A stretch of 64,000 nt of DNA from Paraspadella gotoi. Lineage: Eukaryota > Animalia > Chaetognatha. The position numbers and the translations under genes are program-made. This document shows, in pieces, positions 25,601 to 49,324 of the stretch. The notes under the pieces were generated by a model, which saw nothing but the letters and a program-made list of their open reading frames with translations, had not been told where the DNA came from and made no database searches. The stretch covers positions 22,324,709-22,388,708 of the forward strand of contig CM119264.1 in NCBI GenBank assembly GCA_051294375.1, given 5' to 3'. The stretch's first letter is position 1; each line of letters starts with the position of its first letter.

Positions 25601-28600
25601 TGAATGATCAAAATCCTCCAAAACCTGAAATAGTTTGAAAAGTGGCTCTAAACCAAGTATAAAATTTAATTTTATGCTTTGTCCACAAAATCACCTTTTT
25701 CTGAGGTTTTTGAACTTGAGTTACAGTTTGCTCAGGTTTTCCATAAATACTTTCTTTCAAAACATTTAACTTCACTTTTAACATAGTGAGAATATCATTT
25801 TGAACATCATCCAAGTCATCTTCAGTAAGGATTTCTAGTAATAATTAGTAATACAAAATAATCATGAATGAGCATATATGCATAACGGTCTCTTGTCATT
25901 GCTAAATACCTTCACTATCCAAGATTCCATCACCATCATCGTCATAATCTAAATAATCAGGTATTCCATCTTTGTCAGAGTCAACCTGTTTCCAATCTAG
26001 GATTCCGTCACCATCAGCGTCCTCATCTAAATGATCTGGAATCCCATCGTTGTCGGAATCTTTCTTAAGCCAATCCGGCATTCCATCTCCATCTAGATCA
26101 TCATCAAGATAGTCTGGAATCCCATCTTTATCTGAGTCTTTATATTTGCCTTTTATTCCATCATCAAGATAATCAGGAATTCCATCATTATCACTATCTA
26201 TTTCCTGCCAATCTGGAATTCCATCACCATCATCATCATCATCTAAGTAATCAGGGATTCCATCCCCATCAGAATCTTTTTCTAGAATATCTTGAACACC
26301 ATTACCATCTTTGTCACTGTCTAAATGATCGGGAATGCCATCACCATCTGTATCTTTTAGAAAAACCTTATCTTTAGATGCTATTTTAGAAAATATATCC
26401 TTAATACCATCTCCGTTAGCATCATCATCAAGATAATCTGGGATTTTGTCCCCATCGGTATCTATCTCTTTCCAATCAGGAATTCCATCATTATCATCGT
26501 CAGGATCATTCTCATCGGGTATACCGTCTCCATCATCATCCTCATCATATATGTCAGGAATACCATCCCCATCAGTATCAATCAAAAAACAATCTTGATC
26601 ATCTTCATCTTTAATTCCATCTCCATCATCATCATCATCAAATATGTCTGGAATCCCATCTCCATCTGTATCTATTTCTTTCCAGTCTGGAATACCATCA
26701 TTATCATCATCATCGTCTAAATAATCGGGTATACCATCAGCATCAGTATCAATTTCTTTCCAATCTGGTATGCCATTATCATTTGTATCATCATCTATAT
26801 CGTCAGGTATTTTATCTTTATCATTATCTACTTTTTTAACAAAAAGTCCGCCCTCACTGTTATCCAAATAATTCGGAATGCCATCCTGGTCAGTATCTAT
26901 TTCTTGCCAGTCAGGGATTCCATCATTATCATCATCCTCATCTAAATAATCGGGTATTCCATCCTGATCTGAATCTATTTCCTGCCAATCAGGAATCCCA
27001 TCATTGTCATCATCATGATCTAAATAATCTATTATTCCATCATTGTCTGAATCCTTCTCCTTCCAATCTGGTATTCCATCTCCATCATCATCTGAATCTA
27101 TTCATTAGAAAATTGTAAGACATTTATCTAAAATTATACTACAACCAAGAGAATTAAAGAGAACTTATTTTATCAAATATACACCTTTGTTATCAGGTAT
27201 TCCGTCATTATCATCATCATCATCTAAATGGTCCGGAATGCCATCTCCATCACTATCAATTTCAGCTTGATCCATGATTAAATTTCCATTTGAATCATCA
27301 TCTTTCCAATCTGGTACTCCATCGTTATCATCATCTAAATCCAGATAGTCAGGAATGCCATCTTTATCTGAATCTTTTTCGTTAATATCCAAAATACCGT
27401 TTCCATTGTCATCATCATCTTAGACATCAGTATTTAAAACAGAGTTATTCAAATTTATGATATTTACACTAATAATGCTTTCATTTTTATACAAATTTAA
27501 ACATACCTAAATAATCTGGTTTTCCATCATTGTCGTCATCATAATCTAAATAGTCAGGAATGCCATCTTTATCTGAATCTATTTCTAGATTATCAGGAAT
27601 ACCATTTCCATTGTCATCATCATCTTTCAAAAGAAAGTTTATTAACTTGAATTTGATAAAGAATGAATTTCTTAAATATTATTTTCTTTCTGTTTTCTAC
27701 TAGTACATCAAGAAAAAGCTTAATATTTGGAAACTTAATATAAATATTTAATTCTCATTACATTACTAAGTTTACCATGTTCATCAGGTATTCCATCATT
27801 ATCATCATCATCATCCAAATGGTCAGGTATTCCATCACCATCACTATCAACTTCGTATTTATCTAAAATTCCATTTCCATCAATGTCACCGTCTTTTGTT
27901 ATTACCATGAGTGAAACATATTTAAATGAAGGTGAAAATGGAAAATAAAAAAATAATTAGAGAAAGAGAAATTAGTTAACTACAACCAAAATTAAATTGG
28001 ATCAGTTAGTAGCAAATACCTTTGTGATCAGGAATTCCATCATTGTCATCGTCATCATCTTTGTCATCAGGTATTCCATCACCATCACTATCTTTGCTTG
28101 ATGAAAAGATACTTTTTATTTTCCCAACAATTGAATTAACTTTTTCATCTGAAAAATTACATATTGATTGTACCAATTTTATAAATATAAAATGATTTTT
28201 GATTAACATTGTTTCATTTAATATATTATTACCTATGAAATCAAGGATTCCATCATTATCATCATCGTCGTCAAGATAATCTGGAACTCCATCTCCATCT
28301 GTATCCACTTCATTTTTATCCATAGTTCCATCATTGTTATCATCAGGATCTTTATATATAAAAATTAAAAATATAAAAATTTTGAAAATTACAAATTATT
28401 TTAACTTAAAAAAATTTTAATCTCACCTTCATCATCTGGAATGCCATCCTGGTCATCATCATTGTCAAGGTAATCTGCAATTCCATCACCGTCTGTATCG
28501 AGCTCTTTAACATCGGGGATACCATTCCCATTGTCATCCGGATCTATTCAAACAGTTTTACAATTATACATCCCATAGAGTCAACTTAGAATCTTTAAAG

Positions 28601-30931
28601 TAATCTCATCTAGAGCCTTTATCACAATAGTACGTTTTAGACCTGTTAGATGTTAATAAATTTGTGATATAAAAATTTGACACTCCAAATAGGTAATACA
28701 TATTACAAAAGATGTGAATGATATCAACAATTAGATTTATCCTAATACGATATCATTCAAAACTATTCTTACATCATTTACCTAATATTTTTAATTATTT
28801 TTTTTAAATTTTTTATTAGAAAGATAAACGTTTATTGACAATTTTACAAAACAACCTCAAATTTTCAGCGAAAATTTCAATAACAGATTTTTAAATTAAT
28901 TTTAATAAGTTTTATATAGTTCATCAATTTTCATTAATTAATTTGCTTGTAAAATGTTTTCATATTTTATAGAAAATTTTAAGTTATCCAGTGAATATAT
29001 GTAGAGGTCATAGGAATTAAAATAATGTGTTGACGTAATATCACTAGGAACAATAATCTAATTATTTCCTGGCTTGTTCAAAAAACCATATACTGTTTTT
29101 GATTATATGAGTGTCGAATTTTTAAAAGGGATATTCACTTCACCCTGGTGGAGAATGCACACAGAAAACTTGAAGAAAAAAGTAAAACTTACCTTTTGAG
29201 TCGGGCACGCCGTCATTGTCGTCATCGTCATCTAAAAGAAATTTTCATTAGATAAAGAATTAACGATCAGACTGAGATAGCAGCTTTTATAATAATTATT
29301 TACTATGTATAACATATATTGGTTGTGCCAATTTCATATGTAATATAAACGGTGAGAGAGTCTTGATTAAAATCTTGTAGAAAGCAAGATTGCTTATATT
29401 AAAAGAATGGATAATTTTTATATTGGTTGTAAAAATTTTTAATATCTTTATAAGAGAAAACGATTTGTGCAAGATGAATTGTGATGCTTTCGTGTCAAGT
29501 ACGAAGAAAGAAGAAAATCACATTCTTAGACATATGTTAAAAAGAGGGATCTAAATCCCTAAACGTTTTCATTTTCTGACATATTAAATTTCTATTCTAA
29601 TACAATAATATATACAATAAAAGATAATCGAAGCACCTCGTGAATTATTTGCAAATTTTTTTTTTCTATTTTCTAATTTACTAATCAATTACGGTATTAA
29701 TCCATTGATTCGTTTTCTTCCAAAAACTGAAACATAAAATTGCTTACCGATCGCGTCGGGAATTCCATCTCCGTCTGAATCGACGTCGACGTCGATGCCA
29801 CGATCCTCCGCCTCTTCCGTTTCTATGGCAACGATGATGTCGTCGGTGATGTCATCGATCTCGCGTTTGATCGACTGCGGAATGATGAGATGACAATATG
29901 ACGAGTCAACTTACGATCTATAAATCATTCGTTATCATTAGAAACGAAACGAACACGCATCGAAATGTCACGAAAATTTGAAATTCAAATTTCAAAATCA
30001 AATCAAACATTGAACAATGGTCCCCTTTCGAAGTACGACTCACGTTGACGATCCCTTCCTTGAGCTCGAGCAAATCCCTCTCGTCGGCGACCTCGTTGTC
30101 GGCGTCCTTAGTCTCCTTGGGCTCGGGAATGTCGTCGTCGTCGTCGTCGGTATCGTTGCTGTCGATGTCGTCGTCGGCGTCGTTGAGCTCAATGTCTATC
30201 TCCTGCAAGGCCGCCTTCAACTCGTCCACGATCTCGTCCTCGATCGCCTCCAACTCCCGGTCTTGGATGATCAAGTCTAAGAGGGGAGAGAGAGAGAGAG
30301 GGAGGGAGGAGCGTAGGGTTTGGGTTCGATCGAAATTTAGGTGTCTTAACATTATACTCATTTTTTGTCTGAAAATTAGCTTGAGTTGCGAAAAATAAAC
30401 GAGATTCGAACTGTTTATTTTTTAAACAATTTTTTTTTTAAATTCTCCTACGAAAGATCATCATTTCTTTTAACTAGTATGTAACACAGATTTGTAACGT
30501 TTATAATATTTAAACCTTACCTTTATCTTTGAGCGCGACACTTCCGGACGATGAAGCGTGTTTGTGGCGGCCATGAGACGTCGCGAGGTGGGACGCACGA
30601 GACTGTCAATGTCAAAGCTAAAGAATAAATGGGATTTTTATTTGCAAATTCGTTTAGAGACATCAGCTACTTTTATACAACTTTAAATTCTCATCTTGAA
30701 AAGTTAGGGACTGAGAAGAATTTCTACTATGTAGAAGTTAGATACACTCTTTCCAAGAAAATTACCTTTGGGCTTACCTAAATTATAATTTACGTAAATA
30801 CTATGAAGTAGTGAGATAACACTGTATGTTCAAACTTTGTAATTGGTTACATCGTGTTCCTCAATCATCATCCTTCAGTTGATCGTCGTCATACTCATCA
30901 TCATTATGATCTACATCAACATCATCTTTAG

Positions 30932-30962
<31 letters not shown>

Positions 30963-31985
30963 AACATCAACAACGGCAACTTCATGACAGAGTTCACTGG
31001 TTGCACCTGAGGTCGTCGTCAATTGTGGGAATGAAAGGAGGAATAGTAACTCCCTACTCTTGCAAAGGGGTTGCAATATCTGAAAAAAATATATGTTTAT
31101 AACTAATAATTTTCATTATACATTTTACCGTGGTCAAAATTAGTTGAGTTTGCTTCATGAGGTAAAAGTATATCCGAAAATATCACAACCGAATATAATT
31201 ATTCCAACTCAGTGTTTTATTTTGCAAAAAGGTTCATAAAGGCTTCATAAATTGAAAGCGTTATCTTTCCTACCTCTTTTTCCCAAATTTACTCATTAAT
31301 AAAAAAAAGTTGCTCCCCAAAACAGGAAACCCCCCTCTTTAAAAAAAAACAACAAAATCAAATAAAAAAAAAAACTTTTCCCCTCAGTTATCCCGATGAA
31401 ACTTTTTTCTTTGAAACCAAGGTCGACGATCGAAGATCGAAAATGATCGGATTCGAAATCCAAGGATTTTTTCTTTTTCTTTCTTTTTTTTAACTTTCGT
31501 CAGATTTTTAGATTTTTGAAAGATTTTAAATGAAGAGTGTTCTTTTCGAGGAGAGCCTTATCTCGATCCCAGCTAGAAAATTATATATTTAATTATAAAG
31601 AAGACTTTTTACTTATACTATGAACCCTCGTCATATATTGTGCTTGTAAAAAGCATGCTCTAATTGCCTTATGCAGCCGACCGCCCCCCTTCAGCCCCCG
31701 AATTTAAAAATCATAAAAAATATTAGCAACAACAGTTGTAGTTTTTAATTTGTCTTCACCAGAGACTATGATAATTTAACTTGGAAGAAAATCATATCCA
31801 AAAATGTTTCATGTATAAAACCACAATTGACCGTCATAAAAATTACTACAAATTCAATTACAATAACGCGACGACGACGACGACGACGACGACAGCAACA
31901 GCAATAACTTACCGACGAGCAACAGGGCGGCGACGAGAAGCGACGCCCAAATCTTCGGCGTCGATTTCCCTCGCGTCCACGCCAT
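16649..31985 (-). CDS. Giant secreted Asp-rich protein of thrombospondin type-3-like (DxDxDGIPD) calcium-binding repeats
   Basis: Signal exon 31985-31913 ([24 protein letters not shown]), then ~30617-30521 (needs a 1-nt indel correction), ~30276-30044 and ~29874-29749. About 40 further exons follow, mostly 39 or 117 nt and phase 1, plus a 1188-nt exon (27097-25910) and helical exons 25834-25695 and 25624-25480. Terminal exon is ~17179-17082 or 16713-16649. The ORF track shows the repeat frame (e.g. 25902..26867). Confidence 0.9.
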
Positions 31986-34649
31986 TTTGAATCGAGAGGC
32001 GAGACTGGAATTAATAGGAAAGTTATTCTTTAATTTTTATAGAAATAAAAGAAATTTATAACCAACGGTAATGAGGACGGAATATTTTTCTTATAACTAA
32101 TGGAAGTTTATGAAAGTTTGTGTGACTGTTTTTTTGTAGTGGCGCGGTACCCATATCATAAAAGTTGTAGAATATTAGTTTAAATTAATATTTAAAAAAA
32201 GGACCGCATGAACATGTCGCAAATCGTGGTTCTAATCGATCCGATCAAAAGGGGATTAAGTGAAATTAACTCTTTCGAACCTAAAACTCAATCTCGAATT
32301 TTTACGATGTTATTTCGAGGTGAATAAAAAAAGAGTTTTTCACAAATTAACCATGAGGCGAAAAGGCAACTGCCGGTGATTGATTGATTGCAATGAGGCT
32401 TTTTGGTCGATGATGTATCCGCCTAAAAATCGATCCAAAACGATAATAATAACGAGAGAGAAAAAAAAAGTTCGGTTTCCTTCACTTTCGATTTGAAACT
32501 GAAAATTCAAGCATGACGATTCAAAAGAAAAAAAAAGACATTGCCACTCATATTAATCCTGGAAAATATATAAGCGAATTCTTTATCTTCATTTATAACA
32601 AAACAAGAAAGCGTATGTTTCCTTTCATTAAGAAAAAAATTGGTTTTGACTTTTTGAAACTGTTTTGTTTCCGTTTTTTTTTTAAGTCGTTTATCTTTTT
32701 CGAAAACATGATCAGCATGGTTTAAAAAATGTTTTCAAACATTGGATCGATTAAGTTCGGAGGGAAAATGACGTTAGCATCAGTAAAAACGTCCGAAAAA
32801 CTGAAAGTCGGTGGGTGGTCAAATAACAATTTAGGCTGAAATCAATCTATAATTATGTTTGAAGGTATAACAGCAAAGAAACTTATGGAACTTGGCGTAC
32901 GGATTGAAATAGAAAGCTAATCTGAAGACTTATTGAGATTTTGGACTTCGATACTGATATCTTCTTTGTGATTTGCTAGGTTGGAAGGCGGGTTCAGAAT
33001 AAATATCTCACTATCCAAGTACTAACGAGGAGAAGCTGAGTGTTGAATTCGGTATTGGCTGATTAGTTATTCGCGAAATTTAAAGCAGTTAATACATTAA
33101 TATTGTTTGTTTTTAAATCCTCCGATAGGAAGCAAAGAAACATAGATTCTCACAATATGATTTCTTTGTATCGAATAATATCTAAAGATGGGTACTTGGT
33201 TATAACTACTTGATGAAAAAAAAATCGAAGTATTTTATCACATTTGCTTTCGTCAAAAAAGAAAGGGCCCAACAGTTAAAGAGACGGACGACAACAAGTG
33301 GGACGGCTTAACAACAACAACAACAATAGCAACGACAATGAGAAAACGTCAAGACTCACCGATCTACTTAATCTCCTTCCCCGCTTTCGCGGTCTTCGTC
33401 GTCGTCGTTAATATTTCCTTCACGCGAAGAAAGAATCGTCCATTCGTCGCCGAATCTCGTCCGAGAAAAAAAAAAACAAAGGAACAATTCGTCGTCCCTC
33501 GTTTCCGCCAGGCGTCTCTTTTCCCGTAACCGGGCGTCGGATCTCAGGAAAAAGCCAAAGCCGATCTCTCTTTCTCTCCGCCCCTTCTTGTCCGATCGGG
33601 GGGCGATGGTGTTGTCCGATCCGTTGTCGGGCGCCCCTCGAGGATGCGGGGCGTCGTCTTCGTCGTCGTCGTCGTCGTCGTCGTCGCGGGCGCCCGTGGG
33701 GAGATGGTCGTCGACGTCGTCGTCGTCGTCGTCTTCATCGATCTTCGATCCATGAAACAACAACTACCTCGTTATTTGCGGCTTCGTTTTTGAGAATCTA
33801 GAGCGTAACGCTCTTCTCCGTTTATCGAGTTGTAATTTACAAGCGATTGTCGGATCGAAAAAATGAAAAAAGGCCGGCGAGAAGCGAGCGTTTTCGACCT
33901 GTTGTGCGGGATGCGCGAATGAGATTGAAAATGTGAGAGAGAGAGTGAGAAAGAGAGAGAGAAAAAAAGGAATGACAATGAATGAAAATAATCATCCTGG
34001 TTTTGCGAATTATTTCTCCTATAAAATTTAAATGCTTTTGCATTATGTCGTAATTTTTTTTTTCCTTTTTTCTTTCGCTTTTTTATCTTCCTTCTTTCAT
34101 TGATTTTTGACCTAACTTTTGATATTGATATTGATTAGAAAAACTAACATTTTCGACTATAATTTTTTTTTAAATAAGCTGATTGAAGCTAAGCTCGTGT
34201 TACTCATCCACGACTAACTTTTTCAGAGGCCCTGCGAATTTTCAGTTCATGTCCTTGGGAACGATCGATGGTGCATCTTAGATAAGTCGATCGCTGACTG
34301 AATTTAAATCTTTTGTTTTGTATCGATTCGACGCTAAAAAAAAGAGCACTCATTCGGTGAATTTTTATGAAAATATTTTTATTTTAAAATTTTTATCTTT
34401 TATAATTAATGATTTAACAAGCGATATTCGGCTGAAAATATAAATTAAAAATCATTAACAAATAGACGGTCAATGCAAAGTCCTTAAAATAAACATATTT
34501 TTTAAAATTTACAAAACATCTTAATTTTAACCGAAGACGATGGGCGAGAGAGGGAGACAAAGGGATACACAAACGCACATTTATCATCAAAGCGAAAAGA
34601 ATCAAGTTATAAACGTTCGATGATTTAAAACGCGTAAAAACGAAAGTCC

Positions 34650-46279
<11,630 letters not shown>

Positions 46280-46381
46280 TTTGCTAGAATTTTTAATAAC
46301 TGTCCTTGTTTTGTTTTTTTTTTATGTTTTTTTATGTAAGAACAACTTTAGTTTCGTTCTATGACTGGATTTTGTATTTCG

Positions 46382-46395
46382 GTTGCCACGGAGAG
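46382..46395 (+). promoter_or_regulatory. Possible RFX X-box near the ARMC4 start (duplicate at 51066-51079)
   Basis: GTTGCCACGGAGAG ~100 bp upstream of the ATG; strong GTTGCC half-site, imperfect second half. Motile-cilia genes are typical RFX targets. Confidence 0.3.
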
Positions 46396-49324
46396 GCCGA
46401 CCCTAGAGACGGTCGCAGTCTTTTCGATCTGTCTCAGCTATTCTTTTGTTGGCTCGCCTGACGTGCGAACCCTGTAGAGGCGCTGACGTCTTTCCTAGCT
46501 TTATTTTTGAAATAAAACAAGAGGTATCGTTGAGGTTCTTTCGTCAATCGGAATTTAGTAATAAATAAAAAAAAATATTTGTGCTTTCATTTCAAGCGAA
46601 ATTAATTAATCTATAACTGACAATGTTTTTTTTTTACCTTTTTCTAGAGAAACTTTTTTAGTAAAGTAAATTATTTTTAACCATTCTTGGAGGTGATTGA
46701 GTTTTCCACCGGGAATTCCAAACTTGCCCGATCGCGTGTCTCTTGACAACTATGTAGTCGTTCTCGAATGATTTAAGACATTATCTTTTTCTGGAAACAA
46801 GGTTAAATTCTAGAATTTGGACGAAATGAGACTTTAAAATTGTATTTAGCATCAATTTACGAACGTCACAAAACATGAATAACCGGGTTCACGGCGAATA
46901 AAGACCGAGGGAAAAGGCGGCGGGGAATACCAAGGTGAGTTTTAACATCTGCCGTAAGTAGTTACAACACCTACTTTTGGTCTGTTTATTTGATTAGCTC
47001 TGTTTAGACAGTGCATGCAAAGATAACCTATTTCTCTCACATTGTCTCCTCACAAGTATCACCCTTATCCCTCGTTATTCGTCAACGCTCCCAAATCGGT
47101 TTCTGTAATGCTTGACTTTGTTGGTCTTGTGACCTTCGATGATGGAGAACCTTTCACATATTTCTCGCGATGTTCACATTTTCACGTGACCTCGTCTTCG
47201 TTTGCATAATTAACCGTCGGAAATTGTCCGCAAGAGGTCGTCGATGAGGAATTAGGCAACGAGATTCCGTCTGCGGGTGTGGACGGGCTTTGTTTTCCAC
47301 TGTCTTTTACGTACAGTTTGTTTTTTACATTTTTTTTAATTATTTTTTAAATAGTTTTTATTCTGTTCTGATAGCATAACTATACAGTAAACAATGACGA
47401 TCAAACGTTTTCTTGAACGGACATCACAAGAATCTCTGAAAGTCCGCGTATTGCCCGACTCCCTCGCCCAATCAGCGCCGAACCCGGGCCGCCTCGTTAA
47501 AAGCCGGAATTTCGCGTTCTTTCGCGTCTCCGTTCCCATGGCGATCTTGCTTCGCCCCCGCCTCGTTATTTCGATCTCCCCCTCGTCCCTGAGAATTCTC
47601 GTTAAAAGCCGAATCTCGTCCCCCTCACATCCGAAGCGTCTTCGTTAAAAGCCGACGCCCGCGAATTCTCTCGGGACATCGAAAAAGTAATTTTCTTCGA
47701 TCGATGAGATAAGAGGCAGTCGGTCGCCTTCTGGCCTCTCCCCTTATCCCCTCCCTTTCGCCTGCCACCCACGGTTCTCCCTCGCCCACCCGCGCCCGCC
47801 CGCCCGGCGCCATTATGAAAGTTTTATGAGGTCCGCCGGAATAATAGAGGCTGGGTCGTCGCTTCAGTTTCATTACGAGGGTTCCTCGGCATATTTCCAA
47901 TTAGAGAGAAGCGTCTTCCCCGAGGCCTTGTTTCCGCCCCCCCTTCCCCCCGACCCCTCCCACGGCCCACTTCCTCGCTTCATCTCCTCGCCGATCGGAA
48001 ATTAATCACTCTTGCTCAACTCCCTCTCTTTGCTTCCGGGGATTCCGTCTATCTTTTTTTTTCTCCTCTCTCTGACTCTTTCTCTATTCGCCTTCGCCTT
48101 GTGACGATGGTTTATATTCTTTTTTCTTCATCAAAAGCTATTTAAACTGATCAAGTGGACTATGGCGATGGAACGAAGGCGTTACCGCTTAAAATTCCAG
48201 TCGCTGGGGATTTGACGCGATCGAGGGCCGGTTATATACCTTTTTTTTCATAGCCACTTTTGACACTCCTTTTTCTAATCAATAAAACGTTTTTTTCGCG
48301 TCAATGTTTCTGGCTTAATTTTTTCGAAGCTCTTTTCCCCAAACGTTTCGCTATCACGCAATAGTCGCAACTCTCTTTATCATTCCATCTACGACCATCT
48401 CAATCTTCTCTACATCTCTACCACCCCGGTTCATATCACAGCCACCCTTCTCCATCACCCCAGCCTTCAACCTCCTCCCCTCTTTTCATATTCCTCGTTC
48501 TTTTGTTCTGCTTATTTCTACGACACAATGGATCACATTTTGTACTCTCTTTCTGATCACACCATTTTTCGAATTGACAAGAGGCTTGCTCGCAGCTGGC
48601 ACAGCATCAATCCGTTAACGACTGCACTGGCGCGCTGTCAAGCAACAATTTCACAGCCTTAGGGCCTTAGCACTCGTCTCAGAAGAGAACCAGCAAGAGA
48701 GGAGGCAGAGAGAGGAGAGAAGAGACGAGAGAGAGACGCACTACACTAAAAGCCTGATCCTAAAGCCCGACCATCATGACTTAACTTACTGCATCATAGG
48801 CAGACAACAGAGGACAGTCGAGAGACGCAGATGCATGATGACCGCTAGCAGAGCCGTGATAGACCGGATGTCGAGAGAGACGCCGAGACCACACTAGACA
48901 GAAAGGATGAGAGCTACATCCGGGAGAGAAGAGAAGAGATCGACTTTGATTCCACGCGTTCCGTCAACACGCATACCAAGCTGGCGACTACGACTCGGGA
49001 TCACGAACAAAGATGGATGACATATCGCACACCACACAATGTCCATGCGAACTCGACGCAACACGAACCTCAGACCCAAAGAGAGAAAGAGACGAGAGAG
49101 AGATGAGAACAAGACGAGTGTAGCAAGAAGAGAAGAAAGAAGACACACGATAGAGAGAGAAGACCAGAAAGAGAGAGAGTAGAAAGAGAGACACCGAGAG
49201 GAGACCGAGGAGACGAGACAGAGATACACAGAGACGATCCAGACTGAAGAGAGAAGCACAGACACGCAGCCCGAGCCCTGATTGCACATCAAGATACATA
49301 ATATTCATGGTTCGGTTTCGGAGA

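Noticed and set aside
30521-30617. Frameshift in exon 2 of the TSP3-repeat gene as evidence of a pseudogene
   Set aside because: The other exons examined keep frame and splice sites, and the assembly has frequent 1-nt indels; an error or an unseen micro-exon is more likely.
33368-33763. Acidic ORF and Thr-rich ORF upstream of the TSP3-repeat gene
   Set aside because: Driven by (GAC)n repeats; the acidic frame lacks an ATG and stops before the donor at ~33360. More likely a 5' UTR exon.
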